Positions 1 through 7,902 of a stretch of DNA of 64,000 nucleotides are shown here, in pieces. The stretch covers positions 9,032 to 73,031 of the forward strand of contig MFKV01000006.1 of assembly GCA_001781105.1 (NCBI GenBank), written 5' to 3'. How positions within the stretch are numbered: position 1 is the stretch's first letter; each line of letters starts with the position of its first letter. Made by a program: the position numbers and the translations under genes. Below the pieces are notes generated by a model, which was not told where the DNA came from, did no database searches, and worked only from the letters and a program-made list of their open reading frames with translations. Source of the DNA: Candidatus Kaiserbacteria bacterium RIFCSPHIGHO2_01_FULL_54_36 (lineage in GTDB: Bacteria; Patescibacteriota; Minisyncoccia; Phycocordibacterales; UBA2100).

Positions 1-2
1 CG

Positions 3-671
3 CGCCGCCACCCAAGCGCATCTGTGTACCTGTTTGGCACAAAGGACCGAACCGATATATTTGATCTCGAGGAAACGACGAAGCGGCTCGATGCGGCTGT
101 AGCTCTTGCGACCTCGGTCGCTTCGAGTGGAAAACACGTCCTCTTTGTCGGGGGCAAACATGAAGCGCTCGGCATTGTAAAAGATGCCGCAGAGCGCGTC
201 GGTGCCCCGTATGTCGCGGGCAGATGGATCGGCGGGACCCTCACTAATTTCAAGAACATCCGCAAGCGCCTCGAACGTCTTGAAAAGCTCACGTCTGAGC
301 GCTCCTCGGGCGAGCTTGATAAATACACAAAGCGCGAGCGACTTATGATCGATCGCGAGATCACGGAGCTCCTCGGGCGTTTCGGTGGGCTTGTGAAGAT
401 GCTCGACTTGCCGGGGGCACTCTATGTCGTTGATACTCGCCACGAAGACACCGCAATGCAAGAAGCCAATCAGCTAGGTATTCCAGTGATCGGTCTTGCA
501 AGTTCGGATTGCGATTTTTCGCTCGTGCGCTACCCCATCCCTGGCAACGACACTTCTATCCGGAGCATCATGCTCGTTACCAACATGATCGCGGAGGCGT
601 ACGCTGCGGGCAAACGCCTGCCTGCGCAGGCAGGCGCTCCCGCCGCCCCCGCTCCTGCAGCTTCGAAATAA
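3..671 (+). CDS. rpsB: 30S ribosomal protein S2 (5'-partial, frame open to the window edge)
   Basis: RWIGGTLTNF, LFVG and PGND motifs; directly upstream of tsf. Confidence 0.97.
   Translation, partial: RRHPSASVYLFGTKDRTDIFDLEETTKRLDAAVALATSVASSGKHVLFVGGKHEALGIVKDAAERVGAPYVAGRWIGGTLTNFKNIRKRLERLEKLTSERSSGELDKYTKRERLMIDREITELLGRFGGLVKMLDLPGALYVVDTRHEDTAMQEANQLGIPVIGLASSDCDFSLVRYPIPGNDTSIRSIMLVTNMIAEAYAAGKRLPAQAGAPAAPAPAASK
615..636. repeat. 22-bp perfect palindrome in the rpsB 3' coding region (RLPAQAG)
   Basis: cgcctgcctgcgcaggcaggcg; identical copy at 23959-23980 in dnaE. Confidence 0.9.
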
Positions 672-676
672 ATACC

Positions 677-757
677 ATGGCAGTTGATGAGCTTCTCAAG
701 CAGCTTCGGGACCCCGGTAGCACATGCTCGCACAGGCTACGGGGCAGGCGAAACTAA
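677..757 (+). pseudogene. Duplicated tsf 5' end interrupted by a 37-bp hairpin insertion
   Basis: MAVDELLKQLRD+[713-749]+gaa act (ET) versus tsf MAVSDELKQLRDETG. Confidence 0.7.
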
Positions 758-763
758 ATCATT

Positions 764-1345
764 ATGGCAGTATCAGACGAACTGAAACAATTGCGAGACG
801 AGACTGGCGTGTCTATCATGCAGTGCAAGAAGGCGCTTGCTGAGGCGGGTGGCGATATTGAGAAAGCGAAGATCATTTTGCGCAAGCAGAGCTCTGCTAT
901 CGCCTCGAAGAAGTCTGATCGCGCGCTTGGCGCGGGGATTGCTGCAGCATACACACATGCTGGCGGATCCGTCGTCGGAGCGGTCGTGCTCGCATGTGAG
1001 ACAGACTTCGTTTCAAAGAACGAGGAATTCTCAAAGCTGGCATATCAGATCGCGATGCATGTTGCTGCGATGGGCCCACAGTTCCGCGCGCGCGAGGATA
1101 TCAAAGAACAGGATCTTGTGGCAGCGAGAGAGGTCTTTGCAGCCGAAGCGGCGAAAGTACCGGAAGCCGCGCGCGGGAAAGCCATCGAAGGTAAGGTAGA
1201 TAGCTACCTGCGCGAGCGCGTACTCCTGGAGCAGCCGTATGTCAAAGACCCCAGCATTACGATTCGCGAGCTCATTGACACGGCAGTACAGAAATTTGGC
1301 GAGAAGATAGAAGTCGTTCGCTTCGAACGCCTTTCGGTGAAATAA
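764..1345 (+). CDS. tsf: Translation elongation factor Ts (short form)
   Basis: KQLRDETGVSIMQCKKAL, CETDFV, QIAMHVAAM motifs. Confidence 0.97.
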   Translation: MAVSDELKQLRDETGVSIMQCKKALAEAGGDIEKAKIILRKQSSAIASKKSDRALGAGIAAAYTHAGGSVVGAVVLACETDFVSKNEEFSKLAYQIAMHVAAMGPQFRAREDIKEQDLVAAREVFAAEAAKVPEAARGKAIEGKVDSYLRERVLLEQPYVKDPSITIRELIDTAVQKFGEKIEVVRFERLSVK

Positions 1346-1348
1346 ACC

Positions 1349-1489
1349 ATGCCCGGCAGGACAATTTCGAATCGCCTTGATATGAACATTCACCAACACT
1401 CACTGAAAGAAATAGCGTTCGTTTTTTTGCAAACGACCCGCAGTTCGACCTGCGGCAGGAATTATTCGAAATTGTACTAGCCGGGTATG
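1349..1489 (+). mobile_element. Putative non-autonomous (MITE-like) copy of the GIY-YIG inverted-repeat element
   Basis: Left 27 bp and right 30 bp identical to 28940-28966 and 29220-29249; the two ends are imperfect inverted repeats. Confidence 0.75.
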
Positions 1490-1879
1490 TTTTTTGCAAC
1501 CATCGTTTTTTTCGTATCGCTTGGGGGCATTGTGGCGCTTTTCGGACTTAAGTCTTGGGAGATCGCACGTGGACGTATTCTAGCGCCCGTGATGCGAACA
1601 AGGTTCGACGATCGCGCAATGCAGTTGAAAGACCTGCTCGCAGCCGCACGCCTCGACGCCGCCAAGCTGTTGCCGCTCGCCGTCGTTTATACGCGCATTG
1701 GGATACACGAGGCCGCGCTCGCCCTTGCAGTGTTCGCGCGGTTTGCAGAGCGCCAAGCGCATCGGCTCGCCGACCTCGTTTCGTACAAGCACCACTATGA
1801 GAAGCGGGAAACGCAGTCTGAATTCTTGAAGAAAGTTTCTGAAGGAAAGAACAGCAACGGACTTGATACAACAGAATAG
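1487..1879 (+). CDS. Hypothetical membrane-anchored protein
   Basis: 130 aa ORF with N-terminal hydrophobic helix. Confidence 0.75.
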   Translation: MFFATIVFFVSLGGIVALFGLKSWEIARGRILAPVMRTRFDDRAMQLKDLLAAARLDAAKLLPLAVVYTRIGIHEAALALAVFARFAERQAHRLADLVSYKHHYEKRETQSEFLKKVSEGKNSNGLDTTE

Positions 1880-1903
1880 AATGCTACGGTAGTCTTACCA
1901 GGT

Positions 1904-1976
1904 GCCGGGGTAGCTCAGCGGTTAGAGCTCCTGTTTTGTAAACAGGGGGCCGTGGGTTCGAATCCCACCCCCGGCT
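1904..1976 (+). tRNA. tRNA-Thr(TGT), CCA not encoded
   Basis: Cloverleaf gccgggg...ccccggc; anticodon arm cctgt-tt-TGT-aa-acagg; GGTTCGAATC T-loop. Confidence 0.96.
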
Positions 1977-2012
1977 CAACATATCAACAGGGGAGCAGTG
2001 ATTGAGTAACTG

Positions 2013-2639
2013 TTGCTCAGGTATAATGATAACGTGCCTGAAGATAATCAAATCGTAGAATTTTATATCTCAGAAAAGCTCTCCGAGACGCAGGTTGCAG
2101 CACGACTATCTATAGCACCTAAACATGTTCGTCGGGTGCTTAACAGACATAAAGTGTCGCGAAGGACCCGCAGTGAAGCGATACGCTACTTATATATAAC
2201 CAAGTTTAACAAAAAGCCGTTTGATCTCAAAAAAGACCTGAGCAAAAAAGAACAGACACTAAAGATTGCTGGCGTGATGCTCTATTGGGGTGAAGGAAGT
2301 AAAAGGGGTAACACAGTCGCTCTTGCGAACTCAGACCCAGCAATGGTCTTGGTATTTATGAAATTTCTGAGGGATATTTGTGGAATCGATAAGAATAGAA
2401 TCCGTGCGACCATACATTATTACGGCGACCATGACCCTCAAAGACTCCTAAGCTATTGGTCGCGTATCACACGCATACTCGCGGGACAGTTCTATAAACC
2501 TTTTCTGCACGCCGATACAAAAGGGACGTATAAGAAAAAATCCCAATACGGGACCATTTCTGTTCAGTACTCTGACAAGAAACTGCTGGAATTAATCAAT
2601 GGCTGGATACAAGAATATCAAAATTTACTAATAAGATAG
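2013..2639 (+). CDS. HTH plus LAGLIDADG-like endonuclease-domain protein (start possibly GTG 2034)
   Basis: N-terminal HTH-like segment; MLYWGEGSK...NSDP..V.VFMKFL...GT motif; AT-richer than flanks; next to a tRNA. Confidence 0.65.
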   Translation: MLRYNDNVPEDNQIVEFYISEKLSETQVAARLSIAPKHVRRVLNRHKVSRRTRSEAIRYLYITKFNKKPFDLKKDLSKKEQTLKIAGVMLYWGEGSKRGNTVALANSDPAMVLVFMKFLRDICGIDKNRIRATIHYYGDHDPQRLLSYWSRITRILAGQFYKPFLHADTKGTYKKKSQYGTISVQYSDKKLLELINGWIQEYQNLLIR

Positions 2640-2703
2640 AAATGCAAAATACACCTTGCCGTTATTGATGGGAACGGGCACAATGCGCGCTAAGAACATC
2701 CTC

Positions 2704-4248
2704 ATGGATCCCAAAGATACATACTGGTATTTGCATGTGGGCCGTGCGAGCGACCTTACCGGTACCGACCGAGTGATATATCGGTTCTTCGAGATGCTAC
2801 CCGGAATACTCTCACTCGGGACGCTCCTTCTTTTTGTCGTACTCTCTTTCAAACGCCCCGTCTGGGCCGCGTACCTCACTATTGTTTTCGCCATTTATTG
2901 GCTCTTGAAGACCGTGTATCTCTCGGTGCATCTTCGGCACAACTTCAAGCGGGTGCGCCACAATCTTTCTATCGACTGGAACGATCGTTTGAAAAACATC
3001 GCGCACGGAGATATCGTGCACCTTGTCATCTTCCCTTTTTATAGCGAGGGATACGAAGTCGTCGCCGAAAGCGTTCGCGGATTGCTGCGCTCCACGTGGG
3101 ATCTCAAGCGCGTCGTAGTAGTGCTTGCAGCGGAGGAGCGAGCTGGGCAAGCACAGCACACTATTGCGCGTCGCATTAGAGATGAATTCTCCGAACATTT
3201 CAAAACATTCATAGTTACCGTCCACCCCGAGGGCATCCTTGGGGAAATTCCTGGCAAAGGCTCGAATATTTCGTATGCCGCAGAAGAAGCGCGTTTGCGT
3301 ATACTTGAGGCGCAGCAGATCTCATACGAAAAGGTAATCGTGTCCGCATTCGACATCGACACGGTCGTCTATCCGCAATACTTCAGCTGCCTCACCTGGC
3401 ACTTTCTCACCGCAGAAAATCCGCAGCGCACATCGTTCCAGCCAGTTCCGCTCTACAACAACAACATCTGGGATGCGCCCATGCTCTCGCGTGTCATTGC
3501 CTACTCCAGCTCATTCTGGCAGATGATCCAGCAGGAGCGCCCCGAGCGCCTCGCCACGTTCTCCTCTCACGCCACGCCCTTCAAGCCGCTCTATGAGGCG
3601 GGATATTGGCAGAAGAATGTCGTTTCGGAAGACTCACGCATTTTCTGGAATCTTTTTGTGCGTTATGACGGCGCCTACGACGTTGTGCCGATGGCCTACC
3701 CCGTCTCGATGGATGCCAACGTCGCACCCACCTTTTGGGGCACTGCTCGCAATATTTATCTCCAACACCGAAGGTGGACCTATGGGGCCGAGAATATCGC
3801 CTATATTCTTTTTGCATTCCTAAAAAATCCGCGCATTCCCTTCGGCAAAAAACTTCGCGCAGCCTTCGTCCAGATCGAAGGGTTCTGGTCGCTGACCACG
3901 AATCCGTTAGTTCTTTTTGCGGTAGGATGGCTGCCGCTCATCGTTGGTGGCCGGGCATTCAACGCGACGGTTCTCTCCTACAATTTGCCGCTTGTCGCAA
4001 AGACGTTCCTCACTATCTCTCTCTTCGGTCTTATCGTATCGGCTGCGATATCCATGCAGCTGGTGCCAGCGCGGCCCAAAGAATACGGCCGCTTCCGCAG
4101 CCTGATGCTCTTTTTGCAGTGGATACTCGTGCCAATGACCATGGTCGCCTTTAGCGCCATCCCGGGCCTTGATTCACAAATACGGCTTATGACTGGGCGC
4201 TACCTTGGATTTTGGGTCACACCCAAATCGCGCAACTCAAAGACTTGA
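2704..4248 (+). CDS. Membrane glycosyltransferase family 2 (start could be 2683)
   Basis: GKGSN, FDID (DxD), VSED, QHRRW motifs; N- and C-terminal TM helices. Confidence 0.88.
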   Translation: MDPKDTYWYLHVGRASDLTGTDRVIYRFFEMLPGILSLGTLLLFVVLSFKRPVWAAYLTIVFAIYWLLKTVYLSVHLRHNFKRVRHNLSIDWNDRLKNIAHGDIVHLVIFPFYSEGYEVVAESVRGLLRSTWDLKRVVVVLAAEERAGQAQHTIARRIRDEFSEHFKTFIVTVHPEGILGEIPGKGSNISYAAEEARLRILEAQQISYEKVIVSAFDIDTVVYPQYFSCLTWHFLTAENPQRTSFQPVPLYNNNIWDAPMLSRVIAYSSSFWQMIQQERPERLATFSSHATPFKPLYEAGYWQKNVVSEDSRIFWNLFVRYDGAYDVVPMAYPVSMDANVAPTFWGTARNIYLQHRRWTYGAENIAYILFAFLKNPRIPFGKKLRAAFVQIEGFWSLTTNPLVLFAVGWLPLIVGGRAFNATVLSYNLPLVAKTFLTISLFGLIVSAAISMQLVPARPKEYGRFRSLMLFLQWILVPMTMVAFSAIPGLDSQIRLMTGRYLGFWVTPKSRNSKT

Positions 4249-4277
4249 TACTTGCTACCTGATACTTGATACTTGAC
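4243..4277. repeat. Five 7-bp tandem units (acttgat consensus)
   Basis: acttgat acttgct acctgat acttgat acttgac. Confidence 0.85.
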
Positions 4278-4280
4278 GGA

Positions 4281-5111
4281 ATGCAGCCGCTCTCAAAGAG
4301 GAAGCGCCGCCTCTATCTCTATGGGCTCATATTGGTATTCGCTCTTTGTGTGCCTTTCGTCATGTTCTATGCCAACGGCTACCGCTTCAAAGGCGAGCAG
4401 GGATTTGTAAAAACTGGCAGCGTCATCATTTCGGTCCCCGAGACGAATGCGGTGGTCTCCTTAAACGGCGAGGAGGTAGGTGCCAGCGGCTTTCTTCGGC
4501 ACAGCTTTTACATAGATGATCTCACTCCTGGCGCCTATGCCGTCCTCGTGACGCGCGAAGGGGATTATCCGTGGCACCGCACGCTCATCGTTGAGCAGGA
4601 GCTCGTGACGGATGCCGAAGCATTCCTCGTGCCGCAAGAAATAGAGCCGATCCGGCTTGTGGTCTCCACGAGCACGGCGTCTTCGACGATGCGCGTTTCT
4701 CCAGCGACGTACGAAATGTATCGCCTCGCGTTTGCGCCTACTGCCACATCCACGGTACTCAACAGTGCTATGCGGCAGGGAGAGATCGTCGTCGTCGAAA
4801 AAGGAAATGTGCTCGTACGCCACACGGATCCAAGTGCCCTACCGCCGAGTCGTTATTGCACGCGCCCTTCAGTGTGTGTACAAGAAATTCCGATCGAAAG
4901 TGGGAAGCAACAAGCTATCAATGCGGCATTTTTCGGGGGAGGGGTAGTGTATGCCACGAGGGAAGGAGGAGTCTTCCTCGCGGAAGCTGATATTCGCCCG
5001 GCACCGGTCGTTGCACCCTTGTATTCCGGACGCAACGTGGATTTTCGTATCGTGAATGGACACCTCATCATCAAAGATGGGGTGGCACTCTACGAGATAG
5101 TGGAATTATAG
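4281..5111 (+). CDS. PEGA-domain membrane-anchored protein
   Basis: N-terminal TM, YANGYRF, TG.V.I.VP...A.V.LNG, L.PG.Y.V.V..EG..PW. Confidence 0.8.
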   Translation: MQPLSKRKRRLYLYGLILVFALCVPFVMFYANGYRFKGEQGFVKTGSVIISVPETNAVVSLNGEEVGASGFLRHSFYIDDLTPGAYAVLVTREGDYPWHRTLIVEQELVTDAEAFLVPQEIEPIRLVVSTSTASSTMRVSPATYEMYRLAFAPTATSTVLNSAMRQGEIVVVEKGNVLVRHTDPSALPPSRYCTRPSVCVQEIPIESGKQQAINAAFFGGGVVYATREGGVFLAEADIRPAPVVAPLYSGRNVDFRIVNGHLIIKDGVALYEIVEL

Positions 5112-5220
5112 GTACTCGCTGGCATGTGTTTCTCCGGATACGGATTTTTCCTGCTGGAAAAATCCTCGGTTCTCACACCGCCGTGCTCGAAAGCCCCTCT
5201 GAAACACATGCCCGCTCGCC
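5111..5220 (+). repeat. Diverged copy A of the ~113-nt structured intergenic repeat
   Basis: Same stem layout as 29934-30046 and 34114-34226. Confidence 0.7.
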
Positions 5221-5270
5221 TAGAAAATGTCTTCGACGAGTTTGTTGGGAGGGAGTAGAATGGGGAACAC

Positions 5271-6011
5271 ATGCAAGAAACAAATCGTGGTCATATTCAT
5301 CCCATTTCGTCGCTCATCCGCGAGGCGAATCAGATCTTCTACGCGATGGGCTTCACCTTTGCCGACGGGCCGCTACTCGAATCGGAGTGGTACAACTTCG
5401 ACGCGCTCAATGTTCCCAAGGACCATCCCGCGCGCGACATGCAAGACACCTTTTTCATCAAAGATGAACCAGGCTGTGTCTTGCGCACGCATACCTCACC
5501 GGTGCAGGTGCGCTACATGGAGTCGCAGATGAAAGCAGGGATGCCGCCGCCGTACCGTATCATCGTGCCCGGCAAAGTATTTCGCAACGAGGCGACCGAT
5601 ATAACGCACGAGGCAGAATTTTTCCAAATAGAAGGACTTGCTGTTGGAGAAGATATCTCGCTCGCGCACCTCAAGGGAACCCTCGCACACTTTCTCAAGG
5701 AGCTCTTTAAAGGCGCATCGGTCGAGATACGGTTTCGCCCGAGCTTTTTTCCTTTTACCGAGCCGTCAGTGGAGGTGGATATGAGGGTTGTCGGCCCCCA
5801 TGTTCCAGAGAAGCTCCGCGATACGTGGATAGAAATGATGGGGGCGGGCATGGTACATCCCAGTGTCTTGAAGAATGCGGGAGTCGATCCCGAAAAGTAT
5901 CAGGGTTTTGCATTCGGCATGGGGCTCGATCGCCTCGCGATGCTTCGGTGGGGCATCGACGACGTGCGCCTCATGCACTCCGCCGATCTGCGGTTCGTCA
6001 ATCAGTTCTAG
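5271..6011 (+). CDS. pheS: Phenylalanine-tRNA ligase alpha subunit (catalytic core only)
   Basis: NFDALN.P.DHPARDMQDTF, LRTHTSPVQ, FRPSFFPFTEPS, GFAFGMG. Confidence 0.97.
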   Translation: MQETNRGHIHPISSLIREANQIFYAMGFTFADGPLLESEWYNFDALNVPKDHPARDMQDTFFIKDEPGCVLRTHTSPVQVRYMESQMKAGMPPPYRIIVPGKVFRNEATDITHEAEFFQIEGLAVGEDISLAHLKGTLAHFLKELFKGASVEIRFRPSFFPFTEPSVEVDMRVVGPHVPEKLRDTWIEMMGAGMVHPSVLKNAGVDPEKYQGFAFGMGLDRLAMLRWGIDDVRLMHSADLRFVNQF

Positions 6012-6013
6012 CC

Positions 6014-7831
6014 ATGAAAATCTCACGCGCTTGGCTCCAGACGTTTTTTGATGCTCCGCTGCCGGACGCGGCGGCGATAGGCGATGCTCTTACGTTCCAC
6101 GCGTTCGAGATCGAGAGCACTGAGAATGTTGCGGGCGACGATATTTTGGATGTGAAGGTAACGCCCAATCGCGGGCATGATGCGCTTTCACATCATGCGA
6201 TCGCCAAAGAGCTTGGAGCAATTCTCGGCATTCCGCACAAGAGTGATCCACTGCAAGCTGTTATATCGCTCGAACCAAAGACTGATGCCGTGAAAGTCGC
6301 AATAGAAAACCCAGATCTGTGCCGGCGATTTACTGTAGCCCTCATTCAAGGAGTACATGTCGGACCATCTCCGGATTGGCTTCGGGAGCGCCTTGAATCT
6401 ATCGGCCAACGCTCGATCAACAATGTGGTTGATGCGACGAATTTCGTAATGTTCAACATCGGCCAGCCGCTGCACGCATTCGATGCCGGCAAACTCTCGA
6501 GTCAAAATGGTCATTCGCTTATTGTGCGCAAAGCAAAAGACAAAGAGAAGATGCTTGGCCTCGACGACAAAGAGTACATACTCACGGGCGCCATGCTCGC
6601 GATTGCTGACGGTCATACCAACGAGGTCGTGAGCATTGCCGGCATCAAGGGCGGTAAGCCCACGGGCATCGATGAGACGACGAGCGCGCTTATCCTTGAG
6701 GCCGCTAATTGGGATGGCGTGCTCATTCGGAAGACTTCGCAAGTGCTCAAGCTTCGCACTGACGCATCGGAGCGCTTCCAACAAGTCATTTCACCTGAGC
6801 TCGCCGCGTATGGCTTACACGCTGCGGCCAACCTCATCCTCGAGCTTGCGGGCGGAGAGATAGTAGGATTCGTCGATGAGTATCCGATGCCGCAGGGGAA
6901 GCGTGAAGTCGCAGTATCGACAGAAAAGGTAAATCACGTGTTGGGCACGGAGCTTTCGGTGGAGGACGTTGGCAATGCGTTCACGCGCCTTGGCCTGCCG
7001 CACGCACAGGTTGGAGACCACTTCACCGTGACTGTGCCGTTCGAGCGGCTCGACATCACTATCCCCGAAGATCTGATAGAAGAAGTAGCGCGCGTACTCG
7101 GGTACGACAAAATACCAACGCTCGATCTCCCGCCGTTCCCAAATGCGCCAGAAGTAAATGCCAACTATTACGCTGCCGAACAGACTCGAGAGGAGCTCAT
7201 GGCAAAGGGATACTCGGAAGTCTACACGTCCGTGTTTGCCGATACTGGCGAGCGGGCTGTTGCCAACAAAGTGGATAGCGTGCACCCGTACTTGCGCTCT
7301 AATCTTGTAGACGGTCTCACGCAAGCACTGCGACGCAACGTGCACAACAAAGACCTACTTGGCCTCACAGAAGTGAGGTTGTTCGAGATAGGCACGGTAT
7401 GGACGAAAAAGGGAGAAGAGATGCATGCCGCAACCGTCGGTGAAAAAGAAAAGCCCGAAGAGCAGATCGTGAAGCCTGAAGCTGGGGATACCTACAACAC
7501 GTTGGCTCTCTCGATCGCGGCGCGCTACCAATCATTCTCAAAGTATCCATTTATCGTGCGTGATATTGCGCTGTGGGTACCGAAAGGGTCAGATCCTGAT
7601 GCCGTGCTCCAGATCATCCGTGCCGCTGCCGGGGCACTCCTCGTCCGCGCAGAACTTTTCGATACATTCGAAAAAGGCGACCCTTCGACAGGCTCAGGGC
7701 AAGTAAAACTTTCACTTGCATTTCGTCTCGTTTTCCAATCACTCGAAAAGACGCTTACGGATATCGAGGCGAATGCAGCGATGGAAAATGTCTACTCGGA
7801 AGCCAAAAATCAGGGCTGGGAAGTGAGGTAA
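6014..7831 (+). CDS. pheT: Phenylalanine-tRNA ligase beta subunit (reduced)
   Basis: TPNR, SINNVVDATNFVM..GQPLHAFD, EDLIEEVAR, FDX-ACB C-terminus. Confidence 0.95.
   Translation: MKISRAWLQTFFDAPLPDAAAIGDALTFHAFEIESTENVAGDDILDVKVTPNRGHDALSHHAIAKELGAILGIPHKSDPLQAVISLEPKTDAVKVAIENPDLCRRFTVALIQGVHVGPSPDWLRERLESIGQRSINNVVDATNFVMFNIGQPLHAFDAGKLSSQNGHSLIVRKAKDKEKMLGLDDKEYILTGAMLAIADGHTNEVVSIAGIKGGKPTGIDETTSALILEAANWDGVLIRKTSQVLKLRTDASERFQQVISPELAAYGLHAAANLILELAGGEIVGFVDEYPMPQGKREVAVSTEKVNHVLGTELSVEDVGNAFTRLGLPHAQVGDHFTVTVPFERLDITIPEDLIEEVARVLGYDKIPTLDLPPFPNAPEVNANYYAAEQTREELMAKGYSEVYTSVFADTGERAVANKVDSVHPYLRSNLVDGLTQALRRNVHNKDLLGLTEVRLFEIGTVWTKKGEEMHAATVGEKEKPEEQIVKPEAGDTYNTLALSIAARYQSFSKYPFIVRDIALWVPKGSDPDAVLQIIRAAAGALLVRAELFDTFEKGDPSTGSGQVKLSLAFRLVFQSLEKTLTDIEANAAMENVYSEAKNQGWEVR
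7681..7703. repeat. Short REP-like insert in pheT (PSTGSGQ)
   Basis: cccttcgacaggctcagggcaag in the FEK..K.SLAFR loop. Confidence 0.6.
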
Positions 7832-7902
7832 AACAACACACATATCCCCGCTTTTTGAGCTAGCCAATGGGGTCGTTTTTTGCTATACTGAACCCACTAA
7901 AT

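Noticed and set aside
1985-2020. Second tRNA (Tyr) or intron-split tRNA after tRNA-Thr
   Set aside because: No T-loop or acceptor complement found on either side of the endonuclease-like ORF
5111-5270. T-box riboswitch upstream of pheS
   Set aside because: No T-box consensus (GGTGGNACCGCG); the structure matches the dispersed repeat instead
5825-6013. Extended starts for pheT (also rpsP 32736, tsaD 56612, hsp20 52819)
   Set aside because: They overlap neighbouring genes; homology begins at later ATGs
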